A DNA stretch of 63,428 nt, filler included, from 9 parts of 9 records of this genome joined end to end with filler, not necessarily neighbours in it, one strand, 5' to 3'. Shown: positions 43,427-56,140, counted from the whole stretch's first letter. Made by a program: numbers and translations. The notes: generated by a model not told the origin, from the sequence alone.

Positions 43427-45951
43427 GCCTGCATCTGGCCGGACGCCTGGCACGGCGCGAGCTGCGTGGTGGGTTACGCGGGTTTCGGGTATTTCTGGCC
43501 TGTCTGGCCTTGGGCGTTGCAGCGATTGCCGCGGTCGGCATGGTTCGCCAGGCAATCCAGACCGGCTTGCAGCAAGAGGGTGCATCGCTTCTGGGCGGGG
43601 ATGCGCAGTTGGAATTCACTTATCGCTTCGCCAACGATCAGGAGCGCGCGTGGATGGAAGGAACCGCGCAGGCAGTTTCCGAAGTTGTCGACTTCCGGTC
43701 CATGGCCGTTACGGGCAACGATACGAGCGCGCAACGCGCGCTGACCCAGGTTAAGGCTGTGGATGACGCTTACCCGCTGTTAGGTTCTGCGATCCTGAAA
43801 CCTGCGCTTTCTCTGACCGATGCATTTGCAGGCGCCGATGGGCTACCCGGCGCGGTTATGGCCCCCTCTCTGATTGACCGTTTGAACCTTACCGTTGGGG
43901 ATCAGTTTGACCTTGGCACTCAGAGATTTGTTCTTATGGCCGCGTTATCGCATGAACCTGATGGTGCGGCAGATGGGTTCTCGCTGGGACCGCGCACATT
44001 GGTTCGCACAGAAGATCTGCAGTCCTCGGGCCTGTTGGCTCCGGGCACTCTATTTTCCACCAAATACAGGTTGGATCTGCCTCAGACCGCCGAGCTGGAT
44101 GCACTGTCGTCCGAGGCGAGGCAGGCTTTTGAGGGAACCGGTATGCGCTGGACCGATGCCCGCAATGGTGCGCCGGGAATTTCTGAATTCGTGGGCCGCC
44201 TCAGCGCGTTTCTGGTGCTGGTTGGCCTATCCGGCTTGGCAGTGGGCGGGATCGGTGTGTCTGCTGCCGTACGCGCCTATCTTTCCCAGAAAACAGAGAC
44301 AATTGCGACACTGCGGACTTTGGGCGCGGATCGGGCCACGATCTTTCAGACCTATATGATCCAGATTGCCGTTCTGTCTGGCATCGGCATTATCATGGGG
44401 CTGATCCTGGGTGGGATATTGCCGCTGCTGCTGGCCCCGGTAATCGAAACCCAATTGCCAATCCCCGCAGTATTCTCGCTGTATCCGCAGCCATTGTTCG
44501 AGGCCGCACTTTATGGGGTGCTGACGGCGTTCCTGTTCACACTATGGCCTCTGGCCAGAACCGAAGAGGTGCGCGCGGCAACCTTGTTCCGGGATGCGCT
44601 GTCCTCAGCGCGCAGTTTACCGCGCCTGAACTATGTCGTTGCAACAGCCGTGGGTCTTGCGGTGCTGATCGGATCCGCCGCATGGTTCAGCGGTTCTACC
44701 CGGTTGACGTTATGGACCAGCACTGGATTGGCAGGGGCGCTTGCGCTGCTGGCACTTTCTGCATTCGCCGTACGCAAACTCGCCCAGGCAGGCACCCCTT
44801 GGGTGCGCGGGCATCCAGCCCTGCGATGGGCCTTGTCCGCCATATCTGACCCGCGCGAGGGCGCGGCTTCGGTGGTTCTGTCCCTTGGGCTCGGTCTTTC
44901 GGTTCTTGCAGCGGTAGGGCAGATCGACGGCACCCTACGCAATGCAATTTCGGGGAACTTGCCGGAAGTGGCACCCTCGTATTTCTTCGTGGATATCCAG
45001 AAGGACCAGATGCCGGGGTTCAGCGAGCGTCTTGATAACGACCCAGCCGTCACCCGGGTCGAAAGTGCGCCGATGCTGCGCGGGATCATTACCAAGATCA
45101 ACGGGCAGCCTGCGCGCGATGTTGCAGGCGATCACTGGGTTCTGGAGGGTGACCGCGGAGTGACCTATTCCGCCCAACCGCCGCAAAATGCACGCGTCAT
45201 AGACGGAAATTGGTGGCCTGACGATTATGCAGGCACTCCTCAGGTCAGTTTTGCCGCCGAAGAGGCTGCTGAAATGGGTCTGCAATTGGGTGATGAACTG
45301 ACGGTTAATATCCTTGGCCGCGACATTACGGCTGAACTGACCTCACTGCGCGAGGTTGATTTTTCCACCGCTGGAATGGGATTTGTCATGTCGATAAACC
45401 CATCTGCACTGGCGGGTGCCCCCCATAGCTTCATCGCGACCGTCTACGCGGAAGAGCAGGCAGAGGCCGCCATCCTGCGCGATCTTGCTGGGCAATATCC
45501 CAACATCACCGCTGTCCGCGTCCGCGATGCCATCGACCGGGTCTCTGGTTTGTTGGCAGGCTTGGCAGCCGCCACCTCATATGGCGCGGGCGTGTCCTTG
45601 CTGACCGGGTTTCTGGTTCTAATCGGTGCTGCAGCCGCAGGAGAGCCCGCGCGCAGATACGAGGCAGCAATCCTCAAAACTCTGGGCGCGAACCGAGGCC
45701 GAATTCTACGTAGCTTTGCCTTGCGTGCGGTCCTGTTGGGGGCTGCCGCCGGATGTGTCGCCCTGTTGACCGGCATTGTGGGCGGTTGGGCGGTTGCCAC
45801 TTATATCTTCGACACAGAGTTCACGATCATCTGGCCATCCGCGTTAGGGATCGTTTTCGCAGGCATTGTCGTAACGCTGGGGGCGGGGATGCTCTTTGCC
45901 CTGCGCCCGCTCTCGGTACGCCCAGCCCGCATCCTGCGCGCAAGTGATTGA
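43423..45951 (+). CDS. FtsX-like ABC permease (YbbP-like)
   Basis: Two MacB/FtsX halves (IATLRTLGA; AILKTLGA), LLGGD, YFFVDIQ. Confidence 0.9.
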   Translation: MSLHLAGRLARRELRGGLRGFRVFLACLALGVAAIAAVGMVRQAIQTGLQQEGASLLGGDAQLEFTYRFANDQERAWMEGTAQAVSEVVDFRSMAVTGNDTSAQRALTQVKAVDDAYPLLGSAILKPALSLTDAFAGADGLPGAVMAPSLIDRLNLTVGDQFDLGTQRFVLMAALSHEPDGAADGFSLGPRTLVRTEDLQSSGLLAPGTLFSTKYRLDLPQTAELDALSSEARQAFEGTGMRWTDARNGAPGISEFVGRLSAFLVLVGLSGLAVGGIGVSAAVRAYLSQKTETIATLRTLGADRATIFQTYMIQIAVLSGIGIIMGLILGGILPLLLAPVIETQLPIPAVFSLYPQPLFEAALYGVLTAFLFTLWPLARTEEVRAATLFRDALSSARSLPRLNYVVATAVGLAVLIGSAAWFSGSTRLTLWTSTGLAGALALLALSAFAVRKLAQAGTPWVRGHPALRWALSAISDPREGAASVVLSLGLGLSVLAAVGQIDGTLRNAISGNLPEVAPSYFFVDIQKDQMPGFSERLDNDPAVTRVESAPMLRGIITKINGQPARDVAGDHWVLEGDRGVTYSAQPPQNARVIDGNWWPDDYAGTPQVSFAAEEAAEMGLQLGDELTVNILGRDITAELTSLREVDFSTAGMGFVMSINPSALAGAPHSFIATVYAEEQAEAAILRDLAGQYPNITAVRVRDAIDRVSGLLAGLAAATSYGAGVSLLTGFLVLIGAAAAGEPARRYEAAILKTLGANRGRILRSFALRAVLLGAAAGCVALLTGIVGGWAVATYIFDTEFTIIWPSALGIVFAGIVVTLGAGMLFALRPLSVRPARILRASD

Positions 45952-45953
45952 AT

Positions 45954-46400
45954 TCAGCGCACGCAGGCGACGGGCTGTAGTATCTTCAACAATTGATCGT
46001 TGTCACAAATCAACGCATCGAGTGTGATTTCGTCCAGTGACGCATAAAACACCTCGGCCGCGTCCTGCAGCGCCAACCGCAAGCGGCAGGCATCAGTCAG
46101 CGGGCAGGTGTTATCAGCATCTGCGAAGCACTCGGCAATCGGTAAACCGCCTTCGACATGACGGAACACGGACCCGACCCGAATCTGGTCCGCAGCGCGT
46201 GCCAACGTCATGCCGCCATTGCGGCCACGTTGGGTGCTGAGATAATCCAACTGACTAAGTTGGTTGATCACCTGCGCCAGATGGTTCTCTGAAATATTGC
46301 AGACTTCGGCAATCTCGGCTTTCGTCACCAGCCGATCCTGATGCGCGGCGCAATACATCAGAACGCGCACAGCTATATTCGTCCGTTTGGTAATCCGCAT
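45954..46400 (-). CDS. Rrf2-family regulator, NsrR-like
   Basis: ISENHL, RGRNGG..LA, three-Cys motif ECF.....TCPL..AC. Confidence 0.88.
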   Translation of the reverse strand: MRITKRTNIAVRVLMYCAAHQDRLVTKAEIAEVCNISENHLAQVINQLSQLDYLSTQRGRNGGMTLARAADQIRVGSVFRHVEGGLPIAECFADADNTCPLTDACRLRLALQDAAEVFYASLDEITLDALICDNDQLLKILQPVACVR

Positions 46401-46494
46401 AAGGGCCTCCCGAATCTCAAGATGAAGCCTTATTGCATGTCCCGTAAAAAGATTGTTTGACATACATCAATCGTCAAAGAAGGACACGACCCGG

Positions 46495-47106
46495 ATGGCA
46501 GACCCCTATTTCTTCGGCTATGGCAGCCTCGTGAACCTGTCGACGCACGACTTTCCCGACCCGCGTCCAGCACGTCTGAAAGGTTGGCGACGGGCATGGC
46601 GGCATACCGATTTGCGCCCGGTCGCGTTTCTGACGGCGATCCCGGATCCTGCGTCAGAGATCGATGGAATGATCGCCCATGTGCCTAATGATGATTGGGC
46701 TGCGCTGGATGAACGGGAATGGGCTTATGATCGTGTGCCCGCCACCCAATCGGTAACACATACCTTGACGCAAGCGGCGGAAATCGCCGTCTATGCCGTT
46801 CCGCACGACCGACATACCGCGCCCAGCAATCACCATCCGCTGCTTCTGAGTTACATTGATGTTGTCGTGCAGGGTTATCTGAGGGCATTTGGACAGGACG
46901 GTGCCGATCGGTTTTTTGCGACAACCGATGGATGGGACGCCCCGATTTTGAATGATCGTGCCGAGCCGCGATATCCCCGCCACCAGCAGTTAAAACAGCT
47001 GGAAACCGAGTTTGTGAACGACCGCCTGCAACGCGTTTCGGCGCGAGTTTTGCAACCCGGAGAACGAAGAAAGGCAGGCGATTTGCCTACCTCCTTCGTC
47101 TTCTAA
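46495..47106 (+). CDS. Gamma-glutamylcyclotransferase-like protein
   Basis: YFFGYGSLVN, LDERE..Y. Confidence 0.82.
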   Translation: MADPYFFGYGSLVNLSTHDFPDPRPARLKGWRRAWRHTDLRPVAFLTAIPDPASEIDGMIAHVPNDDWAALDEREWAYDRVPATQSVTHTLTQAAEIAVYAVPHDRHTAPSNHHPLLLSYIDVVVQGYLRAFGQDGADRFFATTDGWDAPILNDRAEPRYPRHQQLKQLETEFVNDRLQRVSARVLQPGERRKAGDLPTSFVF

Positions 47107-47123
47107 AGCTCTGACGCGCTACG

Positions 47124-48153
47124 TTAGCCGCGCGCGCGGATCACCTGCAGCAGCGGCAACAGGGTTGCCATTTCTGGGCCCCGTTCCATCCCGGTCAGCG
47201 CTTTGCGCAGCGGCATAAACAGACCTTTGCCCTTGCGGCCCGTGGTCTCTTTCACAGCCTTGGTCCACGCACCCCAGGTTTCCGCATCAAACGAACCTTC
47301 AGGCAACAGCGTCATGGCCTCTGCGATGAACTCGCGATCCTCATCGGCAATCAACGGTTCAGCCCCATCGCGGCACAACTCCCACCAACCCTTGAGATCG
47401 CTCAAAGTGGTGATGTTTTCGCGTGCCATGATCCAAAAGGGCTCGGCCAAATCTGCCGGAACACCTGCCTCAGCAACAGCGTCGGCCACTTCGGTCAGCG
47501 GCAGTGATTGCAAGTGTTTCGCGGTCAGTGGGAACAGGTCCTGCACGTCGAATTTGGTCGGTGCAGCACCAAATCGAGTCACGTCAAACCCGTCAATCAA
47601 CTCCGCCATATCCGAGCGCAACTCGACCGGATCAGAGGACCCCAGCCGCGCCATCAGGCTAAGCAGAGCCATTGGCTGCACGCCCTGTTCACGCAGATCG
47701 CGCAGGGCCAGCGTGCCTAAACGCTTAGATAGCGCCTCGCCCTGCGGGCCTGTCAGCAGCGAGTGATGCGCGAAATGCGGGCAAGTGCCGCCCAGCGCAT
47801 CGATAATTTGAATCTGTGTCGCGGTGTTAGTCACGTGATCCGATCCACGCACCACATTGGTCACACCCATTTCGGTATCGTCCACAACGGACGCAATCGT
47901 ATAAAGAACCTGCCCATCGCCTCGGATCAGCACTGGATCAGAGACCGAGGCAGCATCGATCGAGATATCGCCCAGAATGCCATCATTCCACTCGATGCGC
48001 TCATGGTTCAGTTTGAATCGCCAGACCCCATTGCCCCGCTCAGCGTGCAGCGCCTCTTTCTCGGCGTCTGACAGGTTCAGCGCAGCGCGGTCATATACCG
48101 GGGGCCTGCCCATGTTCAGCTGCTTCTTGCGCTTGAGGTCCAGCTCGGTCGGC
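47124..48153 (-). CDS. gltX: Glutamate--tRNA ligase, 5'-partial
   Basis: SVVDD, VVRGSDH, LSKR (KMSKS equivalent), LFMPLR.ALTG...GPEM. Confidence 0.95.
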
Positions 48154-48253
48154 NNNNNNNNNNNNNNNNNNNNNNNNNNNNNNNNNNNNNNNNNNNNTTA
48201 ATTAATTAANNNNNNNNNNNNNNNNNNNNNNNNNNNNNNNNNNNNNNNNNNNN
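48154..48253. other. Artificial contig linker
   Basis: 44 N + TTAATTAATTAA + 44 N. Confidence 0.99.
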
Positions 48254-49029
48254 TCGCGTAGCTGTGGGCTTCTCTCCTTTCGTGCGGCTACTAGCCACGC
48301 GCCTTTGGTCGGCAAGTTGGACAGTGTCACTCTCATCGCTGGGGCGTGGATCAATGCCGCACAGCCATCCAAAGGAGACTCGTCCTACGAAATATCTTGC
48401 TCACTCCAAGAGACGTCGCTGTCCCACGAACTTTCAGAAGAAGGAGCTGGTACACGCTGGCTGATCCCGTTCGCAGGTAGAGCTTTCGCTACGCGGTGAG
48501 TCTCCTCTGCGGAGCTTCCAGCTGCGTGCGCTCGCGCCTCAAGGGCCGCCACCAAGTCACCGAGATTATTCCCTAGCAATGTCAGACTAGATGTCCCCAC
48601 ATTGTCATTAAAGGCAGAAATATGAAGTGCATCGCTGCTATATTCTGCATATTTCCACGTCAGTCTGGTATCGATGGGAGCGACTACATGCCGTAGTGGC
48701 CGACGCGAAGCGTACGATATGTGAAAGTGTCATTAGTTTTGCTCTCTTCTCGTTCAGGGCTCACAGTCACATATCGTCGCATCGTCAAGCCAGCACAATG
48801 GCAAGGAGCCTCCCATACTGTCGGAATCACTCTCTGCATGCTCTTTGGACCTGTCATCCTTTTACATAGGAAAATATGATCAATTTATGCGACTGTGTTG
48901 CGCGTTACCGAAGGAACTGTACGCCGAACGAGAAGACTTGCAGCGTGAATGCACAGCAGCCCTTTCTTCTGACGACAAGGGAGATAAGATAGGTGTCGAG
49001 GCCAACGCGCTTCCTTACCGTATCACTCA

Positions 49030-51562
49030 CTAGGTGGAGAGTAGAAGTGAGTTTGCTTGCCTGCCTGAGAGTAAAGACGCACCTAGGATGACTTCCATAA
49101 CAGAGAGTTGTGGTCTTGTTTGAGATTTGGCGATTATCATCGTGTTGTCGCAGAGGATAGCCAGTGCACCGTGAAGCGAAGCATCTGCCATAACAATTTG
49201 GCAGAGGAAACAGCGAGCGTTGTTGCGCTCCGCAAACGCAACAATCGTCGCTTCCTCGCATACATCACCTGCATGGAACGCATTCTCATCTACATCTCCA
49301 CCGCTGCTCATTGCGGTGCGGTCGCGTACATGCGACCACGAGCCCTGAAACTATCTCGTGAGAGAGGCAGCACAAGTAGCAAAGCAAACCGCACGAGCAA
49401 CAAAGCTCGTTAGACCGCCAGATCTCCCGAGTACAGGAGGAACGTGCTGTACGAAAACCCCGGAAATATTGCGATGTAGTGCTAATACCGCACAAAGATT
49501 CGATTGGGTAACACATTACATTCCAATTACTCGATCACGCGGTTCTGTGTTGCCAATGAGCAGTGTGATGCTGGGTAGGGGGAGGTTCAGAAACGCTCAG
49601 CAGCAACTCCGTAGGGCGCTACTACCACTGAACTTGTAGCCTTTGTGCTGGGCTTTTGCGGGAAGTGTTCATTTGCAACGTTTCCATAAGAGTTTGATCT
49701 CCACAACCGTGAATCAAAATATCCTGCGTGTTTCTCTCCAGCAGAGATCAGTGAAGTGATTTTTTTTTAAAAAAATACGCAGCAGGGATATGCTGGCGAG
49801 GGACTGACGCGAGGTGAGTTGACAGGAGCAATACGTCCCTCCGTGCACGCAGCACAACACAACGTACCATCGCACTCCTACCTCCTGCGAGCGCTGCGCA
49901 TTCATCAATCGAGCAGGATAATATCGATACGTAGGGAAAATTCAAAGAAATAAGCTTACGTGCGGCCGTAAGGGCTCGCTCGCAATCGCCTCCGCTGCCG
50001 AGAACCACGATGCGGTTCCCTCGTAATGCCTCTATGAACACACTATCCTCCAGGCTGCGCTCGCAAGCGTACTTCCCAAGAAGCAATGAGCTTCCTGATA
50101 TACAGAATGACGATGCGATACGGAAACGCCGGAACTCTGCCAAAGACCGCGTGTCAAGAATTACGTGCAAGCTCTGCGCAGCACGAGAATGATTTGCGCT
50201 CCAAAACCGCATGCTTTGCATGAGTTCGTGTGCGCCGGTCTGCGGGACGATCTCTCCGGGTGGACCGTGTCTCAGCGCCTCCTCAGCCAGGCGGCGCTCA
50301 CTGCATAGTGCGACCGTTGCTGTCTTGCGCGTCGCAATGGGGAAAAAATCCATCATTTCCCGAGCTTTGTCACATACATCATCAATATCCTGTTTAAGAA
50401 GGAGTGAGGAGGTGGTAGACAAGTGGATCAGTACAAAAAAGAGGGGGCACCTAGTATTTCAGTCGGAGCTATCCAATACTCTGCTTCAACCATGCGCGCT
50501 CTGCCATTTTCGGGCACACCAAACATCCTGAGAGATAATTTCTTTCCGTTGTAACGTTATTTCATGCCCAACAGGGGGGATGTATGATCACACTGGCGAG
50601 CATGGGGTTGGTCTCGATATTCCTGATTTTCTTCAGTAAGGACATAGACGCCAGATCAATGAAATACTCGGGAATAATTTTGCATTGCACGCTCGCTTGC
50701 ATCAAGTCGGTGTCGCTTATCTGCGGCTGTGCTGGACGTGACCTTCCAAGCGCTGCCGTACCTCGTCGCGAATTTGCAGTGCGTCCTCGCATGTGATGTC
50801 GGTTTCTTTCATACGCGATTTCGAGACAAGATAAGCACCCAGAAATACAGGGAAGAGAGGACTATCTTCCACGAGAAGGACATCCCATAGCTTTTCGACT
50901 GTTCCTTGCGGTAGATGGGAGAAGAGGCAGGGAAAGCTGCGGCGAGTAGCTCGTTGCAGTAGCTCGGTGTCTTCCCGCAGTGCCGCCGCAGCTGCGGGAT
51001 AAGTGTACTGCACTGCTAAGCTGAACATCCATGGGGCTGTTCGGTGGACAGCTGTAGTGTTTTCAAATGCAAAAGAATCGGCCAAGCCTTCTATACAGTC
51101 TTGCAGTCGTTCGCGAGGAATCCCACATCCCGTCAGCACCGCAGCAAGCCGGAGCATAGCTGCGCCGTCGGTGCACCCCATTCGCGCGCAGCTCCGAACA
51201 GTAGGAGCAACCAGATCCTGTAGTGTGGTCATTCCAGCACCGCGAAATCCCCGTTTGCGACTCTCATTTTCTATTCTATGAGCTTCTGCATGGACCAATG
51301 TGGTAAGACTGCTGTCAATTTGCACCGGGGCCTCGTCGGGGGGGACTCCTGCGCCGCGTGACAGGTATGAGCTCCAGAACGCCGCCCGCAAGTCCGCCGG
51401 TATGCCATCCTTGGCCAAAGCGCGTAGTTTCTCCTTCTTGGGACTTGGATTTTCTAACTCTTTGCGCAGTCGCTCATGTTGGGATATATTTGAGCTCGTT
51501 TTTGTGTTAGCAGATGCGTTCGCAACCTTGTGGCGTGGTGTGCGCTTCGCAGGCGCTGCCAT
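49030..51562 (-). CDS. Spliced TBC + rhodanese-like protein (TBC1D23-like); probable exons 51562-50762, 50389-49868, 49344-~49060; 3' end uncertain
   Basis: LRALAKDGIPADLRAAFW and LWDVLL (TBC); ILDTR...F...I..S, VVLGSG, FPYVSIL (rhodanese-like); phase-0 GT-AG junctions. Confidence 0.65.
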
Positions 51563-53266
51563 CCTTGCCGCTGCTGCGCAGGCGGGCAAGACACAATGGG
51601 TGTTCTGTACTACTGAATGTGTATAAAAAATTTACGTAGTTCCCGCGACAACCGTTCTTTTTGGAGCGCGCTTGACAGATCCTACAGTTTTTATGAAGAG
51701 ATGAAGTTGGGTAGACGGGCGTACGCGAAGAGGTCAGTGTTGTACTTCATGTCATGAAATCATGGTGCTTGACGCACTGTAGTTCTGGCAGTCGACATTC
51801 ACAACGACTTACCTGTGGGTCTCAGTGCGTGTACAATGTGCAGCAGCACCCCCGGCGGAATGAAAACCCTGACTATTCTGAGACGATTGTGTTGTTTCCG
51901 TTGTCGTGACGCAATTGCATAGGCTTACAACATGGTCACGTTTATCAATTGGTTACTTTACTTTGCAGCGCATGCGTGGAGTGACCCGCAGTTTGGTGCG
52001 TGGCCCGGCTCGGAGGGAACGCGAGAGTAAGAGCGATAGTCACGGCTGGCGGCGCAGCCCTACTGTTTACCCAACCCCACCCTGAACCTAATAGCGCAGC
52101 ATGGTACGCCGGGCCACCGGGGCCACCGGGGTGAGCGGTGGCAGTGTCGTTTCCTAAAACAGAATCCCTCTTCCAACTCTGAATATAGTGCACGGATCAA
52201 ATTGGGAACAAAAGTCTTCGTGTTAAGATGGTGATATACTTTTTATAGTCTTCTTTCGCTAATCTGAGTAGGGTTTCCTCTTTCTTGTTGGGATTTGAGA
52301 GTGACAGCAGAAGGGCAAAAACGTGGCACAGCAGCTGGTCAGCTGGCGCCGCGATTTTTATGTGCCTACTGCATTGGGTCCATCCTGCATCATAGCCAGA
52401 AAAAATACCACAGAAGTGACAAAATATTACACATTTGCTTACCTAGAAAAGGATTTGGAACAAGGACGATGCAGAGGGATGGATACGTTTACCAGCTACG
52501 CCTCAGCAGGCCCCTTGGATGTAGCGCCCAGGACGCTGGGCTGTGGGCATCAGTCTCTGCACGCGACCACGAACGGACAACGCAGCCCATAGTCCACGTT
52601 GCTCTTGCCTTCTTGTACGATTGGTGATAAAGAGGAGCATAGTTTTGTATCAAAGAAAGTGCTACCAAACTTGTCTATCCAGGGATGCATTCCCAGTTGA
52701 GAAGGAAGTGTTAGCATGCGGGGAAAATATCTCCACAGTGTCCGGAGAATTGGAAGTGCTGTGCCCTGAGCCTTGCGGAACGACGTTCTGAATGCGGGGC
52801 ATCCAAAGCTGAGAAAAGCCACCATTTCAAGCATGTACCAATCTCGTATTTCTTTACGCAACTCGCAGAGGAATTCTGGATATGACTGCAATCAGAAATG
52901 GGCTGAATGCTGGGCAGTGTATAGGGCAGGCGCAAAGGGCGTTCTGGTGCTCGGCTCGCGGTTGTAGGGAGAAGCGCGTAGTGCCCGTATCTGCCGGTGG
53001 TTCATTTTTCAGGGGATATTTCGTCGCCCCCAGATGAAGTGGCACGCCATCAGCGCCTGCTGCTGGTGTGCTGGGCTTCTGCACAGTGCCGCTGTTGTGT
53101 TGCTATACCCCTCAAAAACACAAAGCGTAGTAGCGCTAGTGCTAGCGTTGCGGTTCTGATCATCAAGAAAAGTGAAGATATTGAAGTTTCTTCAAACGCT
53201 GCGCCGAATCTGACGTAGGCAGTCGCTCTCCAGCGCGACTTGAGAGTGAACCGAAGTGCTGTCGAC

Positions 53267-54703
53267 ATGGCTTCCGACGACGAAGGCAAGCAAGAGCGTC
53301 TCGCTCGCAATCGTAAGCGCGCGTGCGACGAGCTCCTCTCGACGGAGCGTTCGTACCGAGACACGGTTGAGACAATTATCACCGTTTTCCAGAAGCCTCT
53401 ACAAGAACATACAGAAGATGTCAAGCAACTTGCGTCAGATGAAGAGCTGCGCTCGCTTTTCTCGTGTATCCAGGTACTGTTTGTCGTGCTGCTGACGGCG
53501 CAGCACAGAAGCTTGCGCGCCTTGAAACTCAGGACACCCGCGTCGCACGGTGGTGATCCCTCTTGCAACACTTGTATCGTGCGCTGCACGCGATTGCCTT
53601 TCGTAACGCTGGCTTGCCTTTGAATCTATGTACATTTCATATTATTATGTCATTATTGTGTATTTACATAGCGAAGCCGCTGTTAAATGGGCTTTGTGCT
53701 CCGCTGTAGACCTGGCCCTTGTAGCCTCGGCACGGACTGGTCACGCCACGCAGCGCCGGTCGCCTACTGGGAGCGATACTGCATGTTCGGTGCGGTGCTT
53801 TGCTGGGTCTTTTGTCGTTGCTCTCGTGTCAGCACCCGATGTAGATTGATATGGTGCTCCCCATAAATGCTCTTCGCCTGCTAGATTGTAAGACGATGTT
53901 GATTGGATAGAAAAGAGGAGAAGAACGAAGAGCAAGACGAGGGAGCGGCAGTCCTACCGGGGTTATATGTTGTCGTTGGCCCACTGCTAGTGCTCGCACG
54001 CGTGTACGTGGCGGAGCGCCGTTGTTTTAGCGCGACGAGAATCTCGTGCGTGCGCCGGTGTATCTGCCTGCGCATTCGTGCGCGCTTCCAGCGGTTGCTA
54101 ACACCGCAGAGACTATCTCGTTGGAGAACATAGAACCCTCTATTTGTCTTGCTGGCAAGTCCCATTCATGGCGGAAATCATGCTCTCTTCTTCGCCTGGC
54201 GTCTGGGAGCTTGCTTTCAGCGGAATTTCAACCTGGCGCAGAGCGCATTCGTACTGCGCTGTGTGCGTGGAGCAGTAGCAGTTGCTCCGTTACTGCGTGC
54301 AACTGCCACCTCCACTGCACTTCTGCATTCCTACTGCTTTGTATTCACATTGGGATACGCAATGGTGCACTTGGTGCCGAATTCTCGTGCAATGCATTGG
54401 CGCGCTGAACAACGTTTGTGTTCTCGTCGCCCGCGTGCTGTGCTGAAACTCGAAACCTTGGGCTGCTCTCTCGGTCGTTTCCTCGTTCGTTACCAGGTGA
54501 TTCACGCCATCAGCTCGCAGCTCTGCAAAGATCTCGAGCGCGTTTGGGAGAAACGCAGCTCTCCAAATGAGACAATTGCATCCGTGATGGTGTCTTTTGC
54601 ACCCTTTCTCAAATCCTACACTGAGTACATCAACAATTACGAAAACGCCCTGTCAGTGTACGAAGCCTGTATGAAGCGCAAGGCGTTCAACGAGTTCATA
54701 GAG
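53267..54703 (+). CDS. Dbl-homology RhoGEF, 3'-partial; exons 53267-53473, 54497-54703
   Basis: R....ELLSTERSY (CR1), LFS.I, APFLKSYTEYINNYE.A, F.EFI; phase-0 GT-AG intron. Confidence 0.85.
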
Positions 54704-55052
54704 GTACCGTGCTCACACGCACTGCTTCTTTCTCGTCTTGCGCTCATCTCTAAGCAATGAATAAGGAAAATCCCTCCGTGCACAAAATCATTGTAGTGTA
54801 ACGTTAGCAAATATCTCTCGATGCAGCGGCGACAAGCGGCTTTGTCGCATTTGCTTCGCTTCGTTGGTACTATCTACCAGCGTGCCACGCGAGGTAGTTT
54901 GCTCGGTGACGTCGTTGGATTCCCTTCTTTTCGCGGCACGCGCTGCCGTCAAGGAGATGCGCTTCCTTGTGGCTCTGATGTGCGTCATGTCTCCTTTTCG
55001 CAATTCAGCAGTAAACCCTTTCAGATACTGGTTCCATGATCGTGAGCGCTGT

Positions 55053-55152
55053 NNNNNNNNNNNNNNNNNNNNNNNNNNNNNNNNNNNNNNNNNNNNTTAA
55101 TTAATTAANNNNNNNNNNNNNNNNNNNNNNNNNNNNNNNNNNNNNNNNNNNN
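55053..55152. other. Artificial contig linker
   Basis: 44 N + TTAATTAATTAA + 44 N. Confidence 0.99.
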
Positions 55153-55177
55153 CTCTCTCTCTCTCTCTCTCTCTCTC
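55153..55177. repeat. (CT)n microsatellite at contig edge
   Basis: About 12 CT units. Confidence 0.9.
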
Positions 55178-55279
55178 GCGTCATTGCGGCTCCGTACTGC
55201 CTCATGCTGTGAACTATCACTTTGTGTTGTTCCACGAAAACCAACCGGCCAGGCACATCTATCTCCCTGCTTTCCGCTT

Positions 55280-56140
55280 ATCGGCTCATCTCCTGCTTCT
55301 CTTGGCGCAGTTTCTCCTTTAGTATGTTCCATGCTCTCTCACTCCGATCCGGAAGTCAAGTTCTACGCCTGTGGGTGCATAACAAACATGTGCGTCCAAG
55401 AATGGGTCAAGGCTGAAGTGTGTCGATACGGTACGCTCATCGCGCGCGAGGGAGAAAGAGTGAGAGAGAAAATGCGGCGTCTTCCTTGTGGTCGCGGAAG
55501 CAACCGGTGTGCATCGAGGAAGTGTTTACAAGACCGGCCTTGATCACCATGCTTTACGTTTTTGTGTGTGATGTATATGCCCTATGCAACAAAGTGTATG
55601 CTGCCTCTTTCATTATTTCACAATGCCAACCGACAAGTCTACGCTCCTGTACTGTAGCAAGCAGTGATGCACGTTACGAGATGTAGCAAGTCTTCCAACA
55701 GGCCGGTCTGCTTGCCTATGCTCCCGATCATGCAATGGAGAATGGTTCATGGAAGCTGTTTTCGGACATGGTTTCACTACAATAGAATTGCAGTTCTGCT
55801 TGTAAAGGGCTTCACATACTTGTCATAGGAATAGAGATTGATGTAGGTCTGCGCAACTGGCTATTCAGTTTGACATTGGGCCCCGTTCAAACAGCACCGC
55901 GGTAGAACGCCGCATACCCTCGGCGGTGCGCGGCTACTTCCTTGGTTGTAAGTACGCGCTTTTTGTCGCACCCTGTCTGACTTAATGCACGTTTTTTTCT
56001 CTTACAATCACTACAGGAGCTGTGTCCGCGTTGCTGTTGATTGCCGAAGAATCATCACCCATAGACGCTCGTCATACTTATGCCGCACTCATGGCGATCT
56101 ACAACTTGGCTTCCCACGTGTCGGACCCGTCGCTGCGACT
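55280..56140 (+). CDS. Exon fragments of an armadillo-repeat protein (boundaries approximate)
   Basis: GAVSPLV..L.HSDPEVKFYACGCITNM followed by donor GTACGC; after a CTACAG acceptor, GAVSALL.......AALMAIYNLA. Confidence 0.5.

Noticed and set aside
50562-50720. Extra TBC-gene exon after a 41-nt intron
   Set aside because: It is possible, but direct splicing to 50389 has a stronger pyrimidine tract and matches the TBC1D23-like spacing better.
51940-52970. Short broken ORFs between the TBC and RhoGEF genes as a decayed transposon
   Set aside because: No RT, transposase or terminal repeat motif is recognisable.
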